From: Hydrolagus affinis
Taxonomy: Eukaryota
Assembly: GCA_012026655.1 (NCBI GenBank)
Contig: JAAILG010001635.1
Span: 1-64,000, forward strand
Direction of reading: 5' to 3'
Length of the DNA stretch: 64,000 bases
Below, one piece after another: positions 36,658 through 49,232 of this stretch (its first letter is position 1; each line of letters begins with the position of its first letter). The notes under the pieces are model-generated. The model was given only the letters and a program-made list of their open reading frames with translations. It ran no database searches and was not told the DNA's origin. The position numbers and the translations under genes were made by a program.

Positions 36658-39600
36658 TATATATGGGAGTGTGATACAATTGCTCCTTGGTGCGACTTAG
36701 GTGATTGTCCTTCATGTAGTTGGTAGTCAACAGTAGCTAAACCTTCAGGCACGAAGTCTTTGCAACTCTCACTTCAAAACTCTTTGCCTTCTGCCCTTTC
36801 TTCCAGGCTTCATAAATCCCTTGAAACATTGTGATCAACAGACTGCATAAAATTCAGAATATAATGGGATCTAATCCTGGTTTTCTAAAAAAAGATGGAT
36901 GATCCAACTATCCAACTAATCCAAATATACCTTATTGCAGTATGGTAATTATATTTAAAATGCCTCATTATATGAGGAATGTCATCAAAAGACGTGTGGT
37001 GAAAACTTCTTTGGGGCACAATGAAATTGGTTTAAAGCAAAAGTATCCATTTTGTTGTGGTAAGACACCATCTTGGTGTGGCTCTGTTGGAGCTGGTTAA
37101 TCAATCATCTAAAGATTCCTTCAGATGTTGACTGAGGCTATAAGATAGCTACCATTAATCAATGCCCTACGGAACTGACATCCATCTCATTAAACATTCA
37201 TCTGAACCACCTGAAAGGCCAAGCACGTTTTCTTTCTCTTTGTCAATTTTCTTCCTTCCTGCAGGCATTTTGTGTTTCTTTTTCCTTTTTTTTTACTGGG
37301 GTAGAGTTATAAGTATGTTTGTCATCCTCATCCATCAAAATTACCATTATTCAGGTTTGAGCCTTTATGCTGAGTGCCTGACAGCTAGGCTATTGGAGTC
37401 AGCCTCTTCTTCTCTCTATAAACCAGGTTAATGAGGACAATTATAGCACCCAATGTGACCTAACTAAGTTAGCCTCTTAAAAAGCATGGATTGTACCTGG
37501 GATCTTTCCTGTCTGAATGGCTCAGATTCTCACTGAGCTGAGCCATTAGCAAAGTTGGTCAATAAAATTAATGAATTCTTCACTTACTTTGCATGCTTTT
37601 AGTACAAAATAAATCCATATAATTCTCCACATCTTTTTCCACCGTCTTTCTCTACATTTTTGGATGACTGGCACTAACATTTAATACGTCACTTATACAA
37701 TAATAATAATCCGTACATTTATATAGCGCTTTCCAGGTCTTATCGATGTCTCGAAGTGCACTTATGGCGGTTGATTGTGGAATATGGTGAGCTGTTTACC
37801 AATTGTCAGAAAGGACGGAAGCTTTCAAAAAACTGTGCAGGAGAGGAACAGGTCATAGGAGCCAGTGTTTATGAAGGAAAATCAGTCAACTAGGTTTATT
37901 TTCATTAGAGAAGGCTGAGAGGAGATGCTATCCAGGTAAAGAGAATAACAAAAGCATAATGAATAACGCAATCGGGGATCAGGATATTTAACTTGGTGGC
38001 TGAGTGTAGGAGTAGCGATTGTAAATGTAAAATTCATAAGAGATTAATAGAATCCTTAGAGATTAATAGAATATAACACTGAGATATCTCAATAATGTGG
38101 TAAAGTGCTGTACTAAATGTAAAGACTTATTTCATTATTAACTTTTCTCTCCAAACTCCCCTGATGAATTAATTCATTCTGGGTCAATTGATGTGATCAA
38201 ATAGGGCTGGATTAATACCTTTTGATAAACAGAATCATGGATGGACCGTAGTTTTAGTAGAGGGGTGAAGCGAAGTTGAGTTGAAGATGATTGCTTAAGA
38301 GCTGCGGAGGGAACGAGATGAATGGCCAAACGGTCGTTTCTTCTTCCAGTTTTTTTTCCCTACGTTTAAAGTTTTCTGTAATTAAACTTCAAAGGGTCAG
38401 TTACCGCCCACCAAATGGACAGTAATGATTAAAATCCATAATCCATACGAAGCTCTTTATTTGTCACTCAGCTTTTTACAGTACCTATTTATATTTTTCA
38501 GCTGTCACTCGCTCGAGTCAGGTTTATTTGCTGAGTTTATCGTCCTGTCTAGCAGCCTGAGTTCATCTAACTTAGCATTGACCAGGGTTCAAACCTCTTT
38601 CCACAAATGCATCAGATTATTTCAGAAGCTCATGCAGAGCTTCTGACAATTTTAAACAAAACAATAGTAATTTGGTTACTCAATCCACAGCTGTTTGTGG
38701 GTAACTGTTGTGTGCAATTCGCTGCAATGTTTCGCCCACAAAACACACACATTCAACATGTGGTAAGGAAGATTGTCTGTCCTAGTACCCTAAAGTTGAC
38801 CGCTCTTTCATTTTTTTGTGTGAACAAATAATTATGCTATCATTTCAAGTTGATGGACAGCCACTTAAATCAATCACTAACCAGGAGAAGACCGCTTGTG
38901 AACCAAACCCACTCAACGTACTTCGAAACGACTTGACGAATTGATACCTTCATTAAAATGTAAATGAGGAAGGGAAAAGGAATCAATCTCGACCTGTCTG
39001 CATCCCTTCAGTCACTAGGATTTCAACGGCAGAGGCAATAATTTGCAGTGATGGGGGGGGTGGGGGGGTGTCTCGCTTTCAAAGATGTTGTGAAATATTT
39101 ATGAGGGCTTGAGAGGAATTGCGAATAAGTACAATGCAATGTTTTCGTATAATTTTGGGGGGCATTATGGTTCTTACCTTTCCTGCACTGGGGAGTCGTC
39201 ACTAAATGCAGCATTGAAGGAATTCAGGGAATAGGTTGTCTAGGAGCTCAAGATTGCAAGCATTGCACAGATCCCCAACAACAACAGAATTACATTTGTA
39301 TAGTGCCTTTCATGTCGGGAGGACGTCTCAAGACGCTGGCCCGAGGAAAGCAAAAGGGAGGAACAATCTAAAAGATGGACGTGTCCTCACGGATAAAAAA
39401 TCACGCTAAACCCTGCGAGTGTTGCCTCTTTCCTCTGTTCACCACACCAAGAGTACAGGCCATACATACCTTTTGTGCAAATGCATGCAATAACATTGCG
39501 ATTTAATGCTTTTTCTTTGAGTCAGTTATGGGTTTCAGTTCCAATGTAAAACCACAAAAGCTTTTGCATTTTGTTGTTGGTAATTGTACCCTGGTTAACC

Positions 39601-39793
39601 ATTGTTCATGGTTCTTTCCCTATTACGGCCAGCCATTCACAAATGTTACTGTGCATTAATTTATATATCAATTTGTTCCGAGTGTAGGGAACATTGATGT
39701 GTGGATCTTTGAAAAGCAGTGCGTGACATTGACCTAAAACTGGCAAGGAGAGAGTGGGTTCCCGTGGCTCAGTCTGATCAGACAATACACTAT

Positions 39794-40240
39794 AACAAAA
39801 ACAGAAGTTGCTGGGGAAACTCGGCAGGTCAGGCAGCATCCATGGAGAGAGGAAAAAGAGTCAACATTTCGGGTCTACAACCCTTCGTCAGAACTAGGGC
39901 TTGTTTGGAGGGAGAGGTTTCTTAAGGACGTTAAAGGGGGAGGGGCAGGACATGGAAGACAAAAGAGACAAAGGAAAAGGGAAAAAAAGAGTGTGTTAAC
40001 TGATGGGTTGAATATGTGTTCACGACTTCATGGGGGAGAAACAGAAGGGGGTGGGTTTAAACGAAACTGGGAAGAAGAGGTGTTTAGTGGTGATAGAACA
40101 AACAAAACACCAGAGAGGCAAGGGGTGTCTGGAGTTATGATTGTGATGGAGGTTGTGTGGGGGGGGGGGAAACTGAAATCAATGAAATGGCTAAAATCAA
40201 TGTTGAGGCCAGACGGCTGCTGTGTCCCCAGTAGATAGAT
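39794..40240 (-). mobile_element. Penelope-like element 3' fragment (ORF C-terminus plus pseudo-LTR with hammerhead motif)
   Basis: Minus frame reads FIYLLGTQQPSGLNIDFSHF, like the LGTLxPxGLN-type C-terminus of Penelope GIY-YIG ORFs. Followed on the minus strand by gttCTGACGAagggttgtagacccGAAAtgttgactc and gatgctgcctgacctgccgagtttccccagcaacttctgtttttg. Confidence 0.75.
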
Positions 40241-40854
40241 GAAATACAATACACTGCGCCTGAGGACACCGACTGGGAGAATTAAAGAATGGTGTCTAAT
40301 CTGTGAAGCGTGTTGCTATTTCAAACACATCACAGATGGAGCTTTATTTGACCTTCAGCCCACATACCCTCCTTTATTTAACGGAGGTGAGGGGGAAGCC
40401 TTCACACTGTTCATTTTAGGATAAAACTATTTATAAACTAACCCTTGCATTTGATATAGCGCCTTATCATGTCGCTGAGGTGCCTCAAAGTGCTTCACAG
40501 AATACACTGTAAAGTCAATTGACTGTATTCTGTGGACAAAATGTATTTTTTTCTGAACCACAAGCTATTACAAAAATAAATGATCCCTAAACATGTTGTT
40601 ATTTGGTTCAGTGGCTTTTTTAAAAAAAAACTTTGTTTCTAAACTTTATTAAAATATTTATTTGAAATGAGCTGAACTGGTACTTAAACCAGTTGTATTT
40701 ATCTTAGTGTAGTTGGTACAGATTGCCAGGCCCTCAGTGTTTAATTAGATACAGTAGTTCAATATTTTGAATTGAAGCACTCATTCAATCTGATGCTTCT
40801 GACCAGAACAATGATTTTGCTTTTAGCCAGTTGTCTGAGTGATCTGCTCAGACA

Positions 40855-41252
40855 ACTGTTAGTGATTAGAGCACACTGATCACAAAACGGGCACAAACAA
40901 GAGGACCTGGGTTTGATTCCTGGGCAGGGTGAAATATTGGGCATGTTTCCTTACATCACACACGTCTGTTTATCTAACAGTAAGTAGGAACCTGGTTGTT
41001 AGTTGATTGGTCGATCGCTTTTCCAGGGTTAACAATCTCTATGAAAAAATACAATAATTTGGTCACCCGATCCGTAACTGGTTATGGGGACCTTGCTTTG
41101 TGCAATTGGCTGCCGCTTTTCGCTCATAAAATATACCGTCAATTCACTTTACCTTATATTCTGTAATAATGGAGATGTCTCAGACATGACACATCTTTGA
41201 ATCATCTCCAAGACATGGCAAAACACTACATCAAATGCACGGATCATAATCA
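40855..41252 (+). mobile_element. tRNA-derived SINE, full length, diverged
   Basis: gaggacctgggtttgattcctgggcagggtgaaa...cagtaagtaggaacctgg...gtgcaattggctgccgc...catcaaatgcacggatcataat. Confidence 0.85.
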
Positions 41253-42053
41253 TCCCAAGGCCCACAAATCTGAGTTGGACTTTTGTGAATGTCTTAACAT
41301 ATGGCAATTTGGCAGCTGACTCAATCATGTGGGACACGTGCTGCTGGATTTGTCATTTGTACAGAGGTTGGCTAATTAAATAGCTGGTTGAGTGCATGTT
41401 ACATTGAAATCATCCAGCAGGCAAGAAACCTTCAACTTGTATCAATGGCTGCTTGATTAGGTTCATATCTATCTTGTAGGCTAAGGTTAAGAAACAGGCA
41501 CAGTAGACTGAATCTACAGGGAAGCTCCAGTATTTGGAGTGACCTTTGTTAAAACCTTTTTTCAATCCATTTCCTTAAGACGCCTTGCATCGCCAGATGG
41601 GTTCTGCAGTTGACTTAAAAGAGGAACAAAGTCATTGCAGGATTTGTCTGAAATGTTTTGGCATCATGTCCCGTCACTATCGAGCGCTACGCTGTGTGAG
41701 CACTACATAAGCATAAGTGGTTGTTGTAAAATATGATATTGGAATCTAGCCCAACACTGTATGTTTAAGCCGAGGTTCTGCGCCATGACAAAGGTGTATA
41801 TTTCCACGATCATTTAAATAAAATTAACCAATGTCAACAATAATAATTGTTCCATTTTTATTTGGCCCCTGAACCTTTGAGACTATTTCAAAGCGCTTCC
41901 CAGGGTTGCGCATAACAATTGTAGAATGTGCAGCAGGAATAGAGGCCATTCGGGCCGTCAGGTGCTGCTGTGAGCTTTCGCCCACTGGAGCTATCGTCTC
42001 TAAAGGTTTTCTTGTTTACTGTGCTTCTCATTTGTCACCACCTAACTGTACAG

Positions 42054-42337
42054 NNNNNNNNNNNNNNNNNNNNNNNNNNNNNNNNNNNNNNNNNNNNNNN
42101 NNNNNNNNNNNNNNNNNNNNNNNNNNNNNNNNNNNNNNNNNNNNNNNNNNNNNNNNNNNNNNNNNNNNNNNNNNNNNNNNNNNNNNNNNNNNNNNNNNNN
42201 NNNNNNNNNNNNNNNNNNNNNNNNNNNNNNNNNNNNNNNNNNNNNNNNNNNNNNNNNNNNNNNNNNNNNNNNNNNNNNNNNNNNNNNNNNNNNNNNNNNN
42301 NNNNNNNNNNNNNNNNNNNNNNNNNNNNNNNNNNNNN
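42054..42337. other. assembly gap (284 N)
   Basis: Run of N ending 52 nt before the ZZ exon. Confidence 0.99.
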
Positions 42338-42389
42338 TTGTAAAGTAAAATGCGTGGCTCATGGTGACGTTTCTGTCTTGTTTTTCCAG

Positions 42390-42561
42390 GTGTGCGTCAC
42401 CCCAACATAATCTGCGATTGCTGCAAGAAACACGGCATTATGGGCATGCGGTGGAAATGCAAAGTGTGCTTTGACTACGATCTGTGCACGCAGTGCTACA
42501 TGAACAACAAACACGATCTCTCCCATTCGTTCGAACGCTACGAGACTGCACATTCACAGGC
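42390..42561 (+). CDS. mib2: mib2 second coding exon (ZZ-type zinc finger)
   Basis: Acceptor ttgtttttccag|G at 42389/42390 and donor CAG GC|gtgagt at 42562. The 172 nt continue the frame: (G)VRHPNIICDCCKKHGIMGMRWKCKVCFDYDLCTQCYMNNKHDLSHSFERYETAHSQ(A), the MIB2 ZZ domain. Not in the ORF track in this frame. Confidence 0.97.
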
Positions 42562-43325
42562 GTGAGTATCCGTATTCTAAATTTTCCTGCCACAGTATTG
42601 AGTCATTTGGATTTCAGCTGCTGTACAGGTTTGAGGAGTGAAGATTCATGTGGAGTGTTGTAAATACATAGTTGGGCAGAGTAGCCAATTTCCTGGCTGC
42701 AGCAGTCTGTGTAATTCTATAGAAGGGTCCTACATAAAGTAATAATCATGTATTGGCATCTGTACCTATCACTTACATTCACAATACATTGTGAAATGAG
42801 CTTCTGCATAGTGAAAGTAAGAAGCGAGGACACATGAAGATGTATAATTACATTCTGTAGATAAATGTCTAGTTTCTCTGCAGCCTTTGTTACTTAATGT
42901 GATCTTATTGACTAGTAGCTGCTCTAACTACTTTCTAGGGCCAACACCACACGTTGCATACAACACGCAGCATTTTCAGGTTCCCTGCCTCATGCGTTTA
43001 ACAGAAAGCATAAATCAAGTCAATTGGATTTAAAGATTTGCCATGAACTAATGAACTGTCAGGACAGACTCAATCAGCTACATGGCGTCCTCTTGTTTCC
43101 ACGAACATCTCCCTTTCCCGAATCCACCTTGTTTGTGGCTTTTCTAAACAAGTCTGCCAATTTGTGGTACGTTATGGTATGTTTGGTGGTGTGCAGTAAT
43201 TGCCTAAAGTCCCTTTATTTGAGATCCTTACAGCCTTCAACGGGAGAAAACGAGGAGATGTTTGCAAGACTAGTCCAGGAGCAGATGGCTGCAGCATTTC
43301 GCCTACACAATATAGAGTGAATATA

Positions 43326-43560
43326 GTTTACAGTATATTCTGTGAAGTGCTTTGAGATATCTCAAACACACACTAAGGCACTCTGTAACACACTCTCTCA
43401 ATCCCCTCTCTGCCTTGACCCCTCTCTCCCCTTTTCATGTCCTGCCTGAAGAACTTTGTTCCCACCCACCCCGCTCAGAGCCAGGCTCAACCACTGCTAA
43501 GCTCTGAAATGCTCTAAAGACTTAGTAAGGCACTATATCAAACGTAAGGATTACTATAAT
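43326..43560 (+). mobile_element. composite SINE tail / L2 3' module (sister of 21232-21490)
   Basis: cagtatattctgtgaagtgctttgagatatctcaaac...ctgccttgacccctctctcc...gtcctgcctgaagaac...ccactgctaagc...aaggcactatatcaaacgtaagg. Confidence 0.7.
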
Positions 43561-45206
43561 TAAATCTGGATCTCAGAAACTGAAGGACCATGCAGGATGC
43601 CCATTGGGTCTACTTGTTTACTTGTACTACCCTTTGGTTCTTTATTTGAGGTGAGTTCACTGCATTTCAAAAGCACCTAACACCTACTGCCTAGTGATCT
43701 GGCTAGATTTCTTTCAGAATAAATCATCCATTCCTTTACATAAAATTTGGCATTTCAGGCATTCAATTCCCCTCCAGCTATATATTTTAGAACTTCCTCC
43801 AATCCTCTAGGTTTTTGTGTGGGAAGCTCTGGCAAAGTGAGAGGAGATTGCCTATGTTGGCTATCTCTCAATACTTGTGGAAGTGTGTGGGTTGATTTTT
43901 TTTTCTACCTGTGCTCTGTGGGTGGAAGGATGGAGTAATGGGGGAGTGTGGAGGGCTGGGCAGTCATGTCTAAGGGATGTCTAAGCATCCCATCAAGGCA
44001 GCATGTTGGCAACTCACTCACATTTATTCTATATTAATAAACTTCGCATTGGATGTCACATCATTGAGATCTCTCTAAACGCTTCACAGAACACACTGTA
44101 AAATGAATTGACTGTATATTTTGTGGGCAAAATGTTGGCTGAACATTTGTGACTTATTTATGGGCAGTTGTGGTGCTGGATAGCTGTGATTTGTAAACCG
44201 TTTGTGTTTTCCCACTTAAACTTGATCATAACTTGGAAAATGCTTCAAACAATGCTGACGCCACAATATATTAAACGTGAAGAAAAGTTGCTAGCACAAA
44301 AATGCAGCTTACGCTGCTCCTGGCAGTCTGTTCAGGCGTGGGGTAATCTCTTTTTGGCAGGGTCTGTTGTTTTTGCCTGTGAAGCCGATTTCGAATACAG
44401 TAATTGTACTGAAATGGTAGTTTGTACCTTGCTCGTTGGAGTTAACAAGTCGGCTCGAGTCGTGTGAACGCCACGTGTCTATAGGTTACAAGCGCAAAAT
44501 AAGAATAAACAGCTATTGATTTTGCTGAGGAGAATGCTTGGGTTTGATGCATCTCTGTAGATCCTGTTGAGAGGGGGCAAAAGGGTAGTTTTTTTTTGTC
44601 TCTCTTCAAGCAAGAACAAAATCCAAACTGCAGTTTAAGTTTGTAGTTGGCAAGATGTGTTAAACCATTCTCCTTGAAGACATGATGAAAGGTCAATGAT
44701 AAGAACGCCCAAGTGACTTCATGGTTTGGTAACCATCAGTCAGTTGGCTGTTCCAGAAGCCAACCCCACCCAGGAGAGAGCCGCATCAACAAAATGGATA
44801 TTTCTGTGCGTTGCCTTCAGCATTTTCTGTTTTCATTTGCTGGAACAGCATGAAATGGCAATAACCATCCCGTTTGTTTCCTCTGCTCCCCCACCCCCTG
44901 CCTGACTGCAGGAAACACAGCCTGTTAACAGAAAATCCCATAACATGGCAGAACTGATAAATTGCTGCCTATGTAGTGCTTCGGGTTCCTGTCGGCCTCT
45001 ACTGGGACTTGAGGGCAAAACCACAGGATGCTAAGCATATAAGTTACATATTATTACTATCGTATCTTAAACCACAACACTTCAATGAGGAAAAATTACA
45101 GTTAAGTAATCATGGGAGAAAGAATTTCCTGTAGTTTTGTTTTACTAAGATAGACTCTATCAATCGAAACAAATGCTTCTAGTAATTATAAATAGGATAT
45201 TAGGCT

Positions 45207-45425
45207 TAATAATAACAATCCTTGCATTCGAAAAAGTGCTGGATCACGTCTTTGAGACGTCTCCAAGCGCTTCACAGAATACTCTGTAAAGTGTATTGAC
45301 AATATTTTGTGGGCGAAACATGGCAGCCAGTTGCCTACAGCAGTGTCCCACAAACAATCATGAACGATCAAATTTTGTTTTAAAAAAAAGTGATTGTAAC
45401 CTCCAGAAAAGCGATCCATCAATCC
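45207..45425 (-). mobile_element. SINE 3' two-thirds
   Basis: aatccttgcattcg...gagacgtctccaagcgcttcacagaata...ggcagccagttgcctacagcagtgtcccacaaac. Confidence 0.85.
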
Positions 45426-46137
45426 ACGAACTTCCTATTCATTGCTGTATAATCTCAGGCATGCAGGGTAAGGAATATTGAGTAAGATTTTGCTCTGCCT
45501 GGGTTTCTTATTTAAGTTTCCTAAATAAGTCTTCCTTCTTCCTCCTGACGTGTTGGAATCCAACGCGTTCTTCATTCGCTGTAGAGTCAACCCACCGCTG
45601 AATTTTCTTTCAGAAAAGAACACACGACTGTTCCCCCCTTTTCCCTGGAAGTGTGTTTTTCTGCTCCACCACTTAAAATGGGATTGCTGACCTTCAATGG
45701 TCAAAGGATTTTAATTTGCTCATCGCATGCTGTACATCATTGATAGAATTACCTGAAACAGTGATTTCAGCCTGACATATGTGGATACTCATCACTGGAG
45801 AATCCAGAGCAAGCTACGATTTCCATGCATCCCACCGGCATATGGAAATCCCCGAGATAGATTGTTGGAATAGAATGAGCATTCTGCTCACTTCATTCTG
45901 GAAAGTATTAGGACAGGTTGGCAAGAGCCAAGGCTTGGGGACCCCACACCCCAGAGTTTGGTATTTTGTGATGTTTCCATCTTTGTACTAATGCAATTCT
46001 GCGACTGTTTAAGGAATTGCTTGTCAATGACTATGAAGGCCTGAGGGCAACTCTTGTTTCCTGTTTTAACCATAACTGCTTGGTGCACATTTTCTTTTGT
46101 AATTGTTATGATCTGTCTCACTCCTTTCTGCGTATCG

Positions 46138-46140
<3 letters not shown>

Positions 46141-46174
<34 letters not shown>
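46141..46174. repeat. (TC)n microsatellite
   Basis: Perfect dinucleotide run. Confidence 0.95.
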
Positions 46175-46177
<3 letters not shown>

Positions 46178-46533
46178 CTTTATCTCTCCTACTTCTTTAT
46201 CTTGTTCTTTTTTTGTCTCGTACACTTCCTCTTAGCATTCTGTCTCGTTTGTTTCCCCTCACACATTCCCTCATCTCCTCCACCCATCAAACCACAACGG
46301 TACCGAGTCCTGCAAAGTCTAGCATTGCATAGGCCTTCTGGATCAAAGGCCTCAACTCTGTATCAGACAACCACTGTACTCAAGGTTACTGTGGTATGGG
46401 ATATCCAAGCAACTGTTGAGAATCATAATATTGTATATGAGAATTTTCCATACTCTCAGCAGAGGCTGTGGCCTACAGGTGTAAGTGTGGCACGACCTCT
46501 TCTTGGTCGTAGAATTAATAATTCCTGTTGCTT

Positions 46534-46915
46534 TGGAGTCCTGTAGCTTAATGGTTAAGAGCGTTTGCCTCGCAAACGAGAGGACTCAGGTTCGAGTCTC
46601 GGGCAGCCGCAGCGAAACGTTGGGGGAAGTTTCATTACTCCGCAAGCCTCTTGTTTTTCTTGCAGTAGGTAGGAACCCGGTTGTTAGTTGATAGGTGGAT
46701 CTCTTAACTGGGAGTAATAATGCCGTCAAAAATATAAATGAACAAAAAATAATAATTCGGTCCCTCAATCCATGACTACTTGTGGGACATTTGCGTGCTG
46801 CATTTCGCCCACACTATATACACAGTCAATTCACTTTACAGTATATACTGAGACATGCTTTGAGGCACCTTGAGGACGCGATAAGGCACCACATCAAACG
46901 CAAGGATTATTATTA
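46534..46915 (+). mobile_element. tRNA-derived SINE, full length
   Basis: ggagtcctgtagcttaatggttaagagcg...ggttcgagtc...gtaggaacccggttgttag...catcaaacgcaaggattattatta. Confidence 0.9.
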
Positions 46916-47427
46916 CTGTATTTCAAATGCAAGGATCATTATTATTTATCTGTAATTTGGACCTGGTATTGTAGTTAGATTAGCTTTTGTGTCTCCCTAT
47001 AGTGGTCACATTGTTCTGATCGTAAATACTACACCATAATCATGTCGTTGCTTTCATTTTCTTGAAAATATGATGGATCTGTGTTGACTGTCAGCCCTTT
47101 TTCTCCCACACCTTTAACACGATAGATACTGTTTTTCTGTCTCGAAGGGAATTGTGCATCCAATTTGAATAAGATTGTAGCTGGGCCTGAAATGGATTTG
47201 TGTTTTAATCATTTTTTTGTGCCTTGCCTGAATGCCCCAGAGCTATCAGTATTTCTTCTGTTTTCTTTCCCCTGACAGCCCGCCTGCCTGTCGAACGCAG
47301 ACAGAGCAACTTGTCTTCCGTAATCTTGCAATTCCTCATTGTCAGCAGATGTGTCAAAAGAGGCTAATTTCAATATATTTTTTAAATAGCTTCTTTTTTC
47401 AAGTGTTTGGCAATAATTGGGAAAGAT

Positions 47428-47800
47428 GTGGAGTCCTGTAGCTCTCCGGTTAGAGCACTCGCCTCGCAAATGAGAGGACCTGAGTTTGATTTTAGGGCAG
47501 GCAGGGCGAAACGTTGAGCAGGTTTTCTTACACCGCACGGGTCTGTTTACTTAGCAGTAAGTAGGAAGTTGGTCGACTGGCGGATAGCTTCTCCGGGGGT
47601 TAATAATTCCTTTGATAAACTAACAATAATTTGGTCACTCTAAACAACCGTTTGTGGGACATTGCTGAATGCAATTGTATATTTTGTAGCTGTATTACGC
47701 CCACAAAATATACAGTCAATTGACTTCACAGTATATTCTATGAAGTGCTTTGAGATGTCTCGAAGATGTGATAAGGAGCTATTTCAAATGCAAGGATTAG
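47428..47800 (+). mobile_element. tRNA-derived SINE, full length
   Basis: gtggagtcctgtagctctccggttagagcactcgcctcgcaa...cagtatattctatgaagtgctttgagatgtc...tcaaatgcaaggatta. Confidence 0.9.
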
Positions 47801-48167
47801 TGTTATTCTTAATGGCCATCTTTATGCCTACTTGCTATGAACCTGCTGAAAAGTTGGAGCAATCTCTTTACATTTACCTTATCGAGCCCTTTCATAATTT
47901 CAAACGCCTTTATCAGGGCCCAATTAATCCTCTCAACTCCAGAGAGATTCACCTTTGACACCTGAGCCTCATTTCACAGGCACAGAGTGACGAGTGTGTT
48001 ATTCTCCAGAGTTTTGGTTTCTTATTTAAGGAATGTCATTAAGATGGTTGAAATGTTGACCTTGCATGATTTTCGAGGAATGGTAGAATATACAGTGCAA
48101 GGAATATTCGAGGATCTTTAAGGGAAAGGGCAGAGTAGAGTTTTTGAGCGCACAACTATCTGACTGA

Positions 48168-49232
48168 GGTAAGAGTCCTACAAACTTCAAGCTAAACTGC
48201 TGTGACTGTAAGTAGTAGGATGTCTATACTTTAATCACCTGTTGAAATCAATCAATGTAAATGCTTTGGGCAAAATGAACTGTGTAATTTGACTGTGGGA
48301 AAATGCAGGGACAGACCGTACTGTCTCTTTAGCTCACAGACATTGATTTTCCTCGAGTTTGGACGAAAGGGAAGAGAAGGGATATTTATGGGGAAAGGAG
48401 AGAAGCTTGTTTTTGGCTACTAGTGACCGGAACTCATGACTGAGACTATTTTCTCAAGCGAGTCTGGGAGGAGGACAACAATACAAACCATTCTATGCTT
48501 TGGCTGGAAACTGAGTGGTAACCAGTTGGTGGTAACTCTCGGTTGAACTGGTTCCGTCAAATTTTCCTTTCTGTTCTGGTGACCGAGGGCTGTGCTGGCA
48601 TCTGCTAACCAGGATTGCTCCATCTGCTGGAGAATTGGAGAGTTCATAAGCATTCAGTGGGAGCGGTCTACTGTGAGCCTGTGAATGGAAAGGCCTTGTT
48701 TTGGCATCGTCCAAAGGACTGCACTGCGTGGGGATAATGAGATTTCTCAAACGGGGCAGCTATTTTGTGCACGGCAAGGTCCTTCCCTCAAACAGCCTTG
48801 AGGAGAATCTCCAATTAATCTGAAGGATCTTTGTACAGGATGCAGCGAGAAATATTCTTTTCATATCAATCAGTGCAACCAGTTTTTTTTAATTGACCAC
48901 CTGAGGACAGGCAGGCAGGCAGGAGCTTGGATTAAATGTCTCATCCGAAGGCCAGTATCTGTGACAATGCAACGACCCCCAATTACTGTATTGCGCTCTT
49001 GAGTTCTTGAACCCCCCTCCCCCACAAGCTTCTGACACCTTGGTAAGAGTCTTGCGTACTCCAGGCTAAATTGTTGTGAGTGTAAGCAGGATATCTATAC
49101 ATTAATCTACTGATGAAGTCGATCGGTGTAGATGTTTCGGGCAAAATGCACTTTATTGTCTTATTTGATTGTGAGAAAATGCAGGGACAATTGTCTCTTT
49201 AGCTCACAGACATTGGTTCTCCTCCAGTTTGC
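48168..49232 (+). repeat. ~190-bp local direct repeat (48168-48362 and 49042-49232)
   Basis: Both copies read ggtaagagtc...gctaaa-tg-tgtga-tgtaag...ggat-tctatac-ttaatc...gggcaaaatg...gaaaatgcagggaca...tgtctctttagctcacagacattg-tt-tcctc-agtttg. Confidence 0.85.
48755..49070 (-). mobile_element. older Deu-domain SINE (SacSINE1/AmnSINE-like)
   Basis: ggcagctattttgtgcacggcaaggtcc...ttaaatgtctcatccgaaggccagtatctgtgacaatgcaac...cttgaaccc...cttctgac resembles the shark DeuSINE minus strand as I remember it. Confidence 0.65.

Noticed and set aside
41906-42410. ORFs spanning N runs (also 8112-8502)
   Set aside because: Artefacts of translating assembly gaps.
35957-42561. Assignment to mib1 instead of mib2
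   Set aside because: TRTNYRTGYQGAHDLLLYDNAQIGVRHPNIICDCC is the MIB2 pattern. MIB1 has [31 protein letters not shown].
46236-46480. Possible cassette exon / 114-aa ORF 46202-46546
   Set aside because: It has a pyrimidine tract and gtaagt, but no similarity to MIB2. In the mib2 frame it stops at TAG 46330, and the tract is explained by a (TC)n microsatellite.
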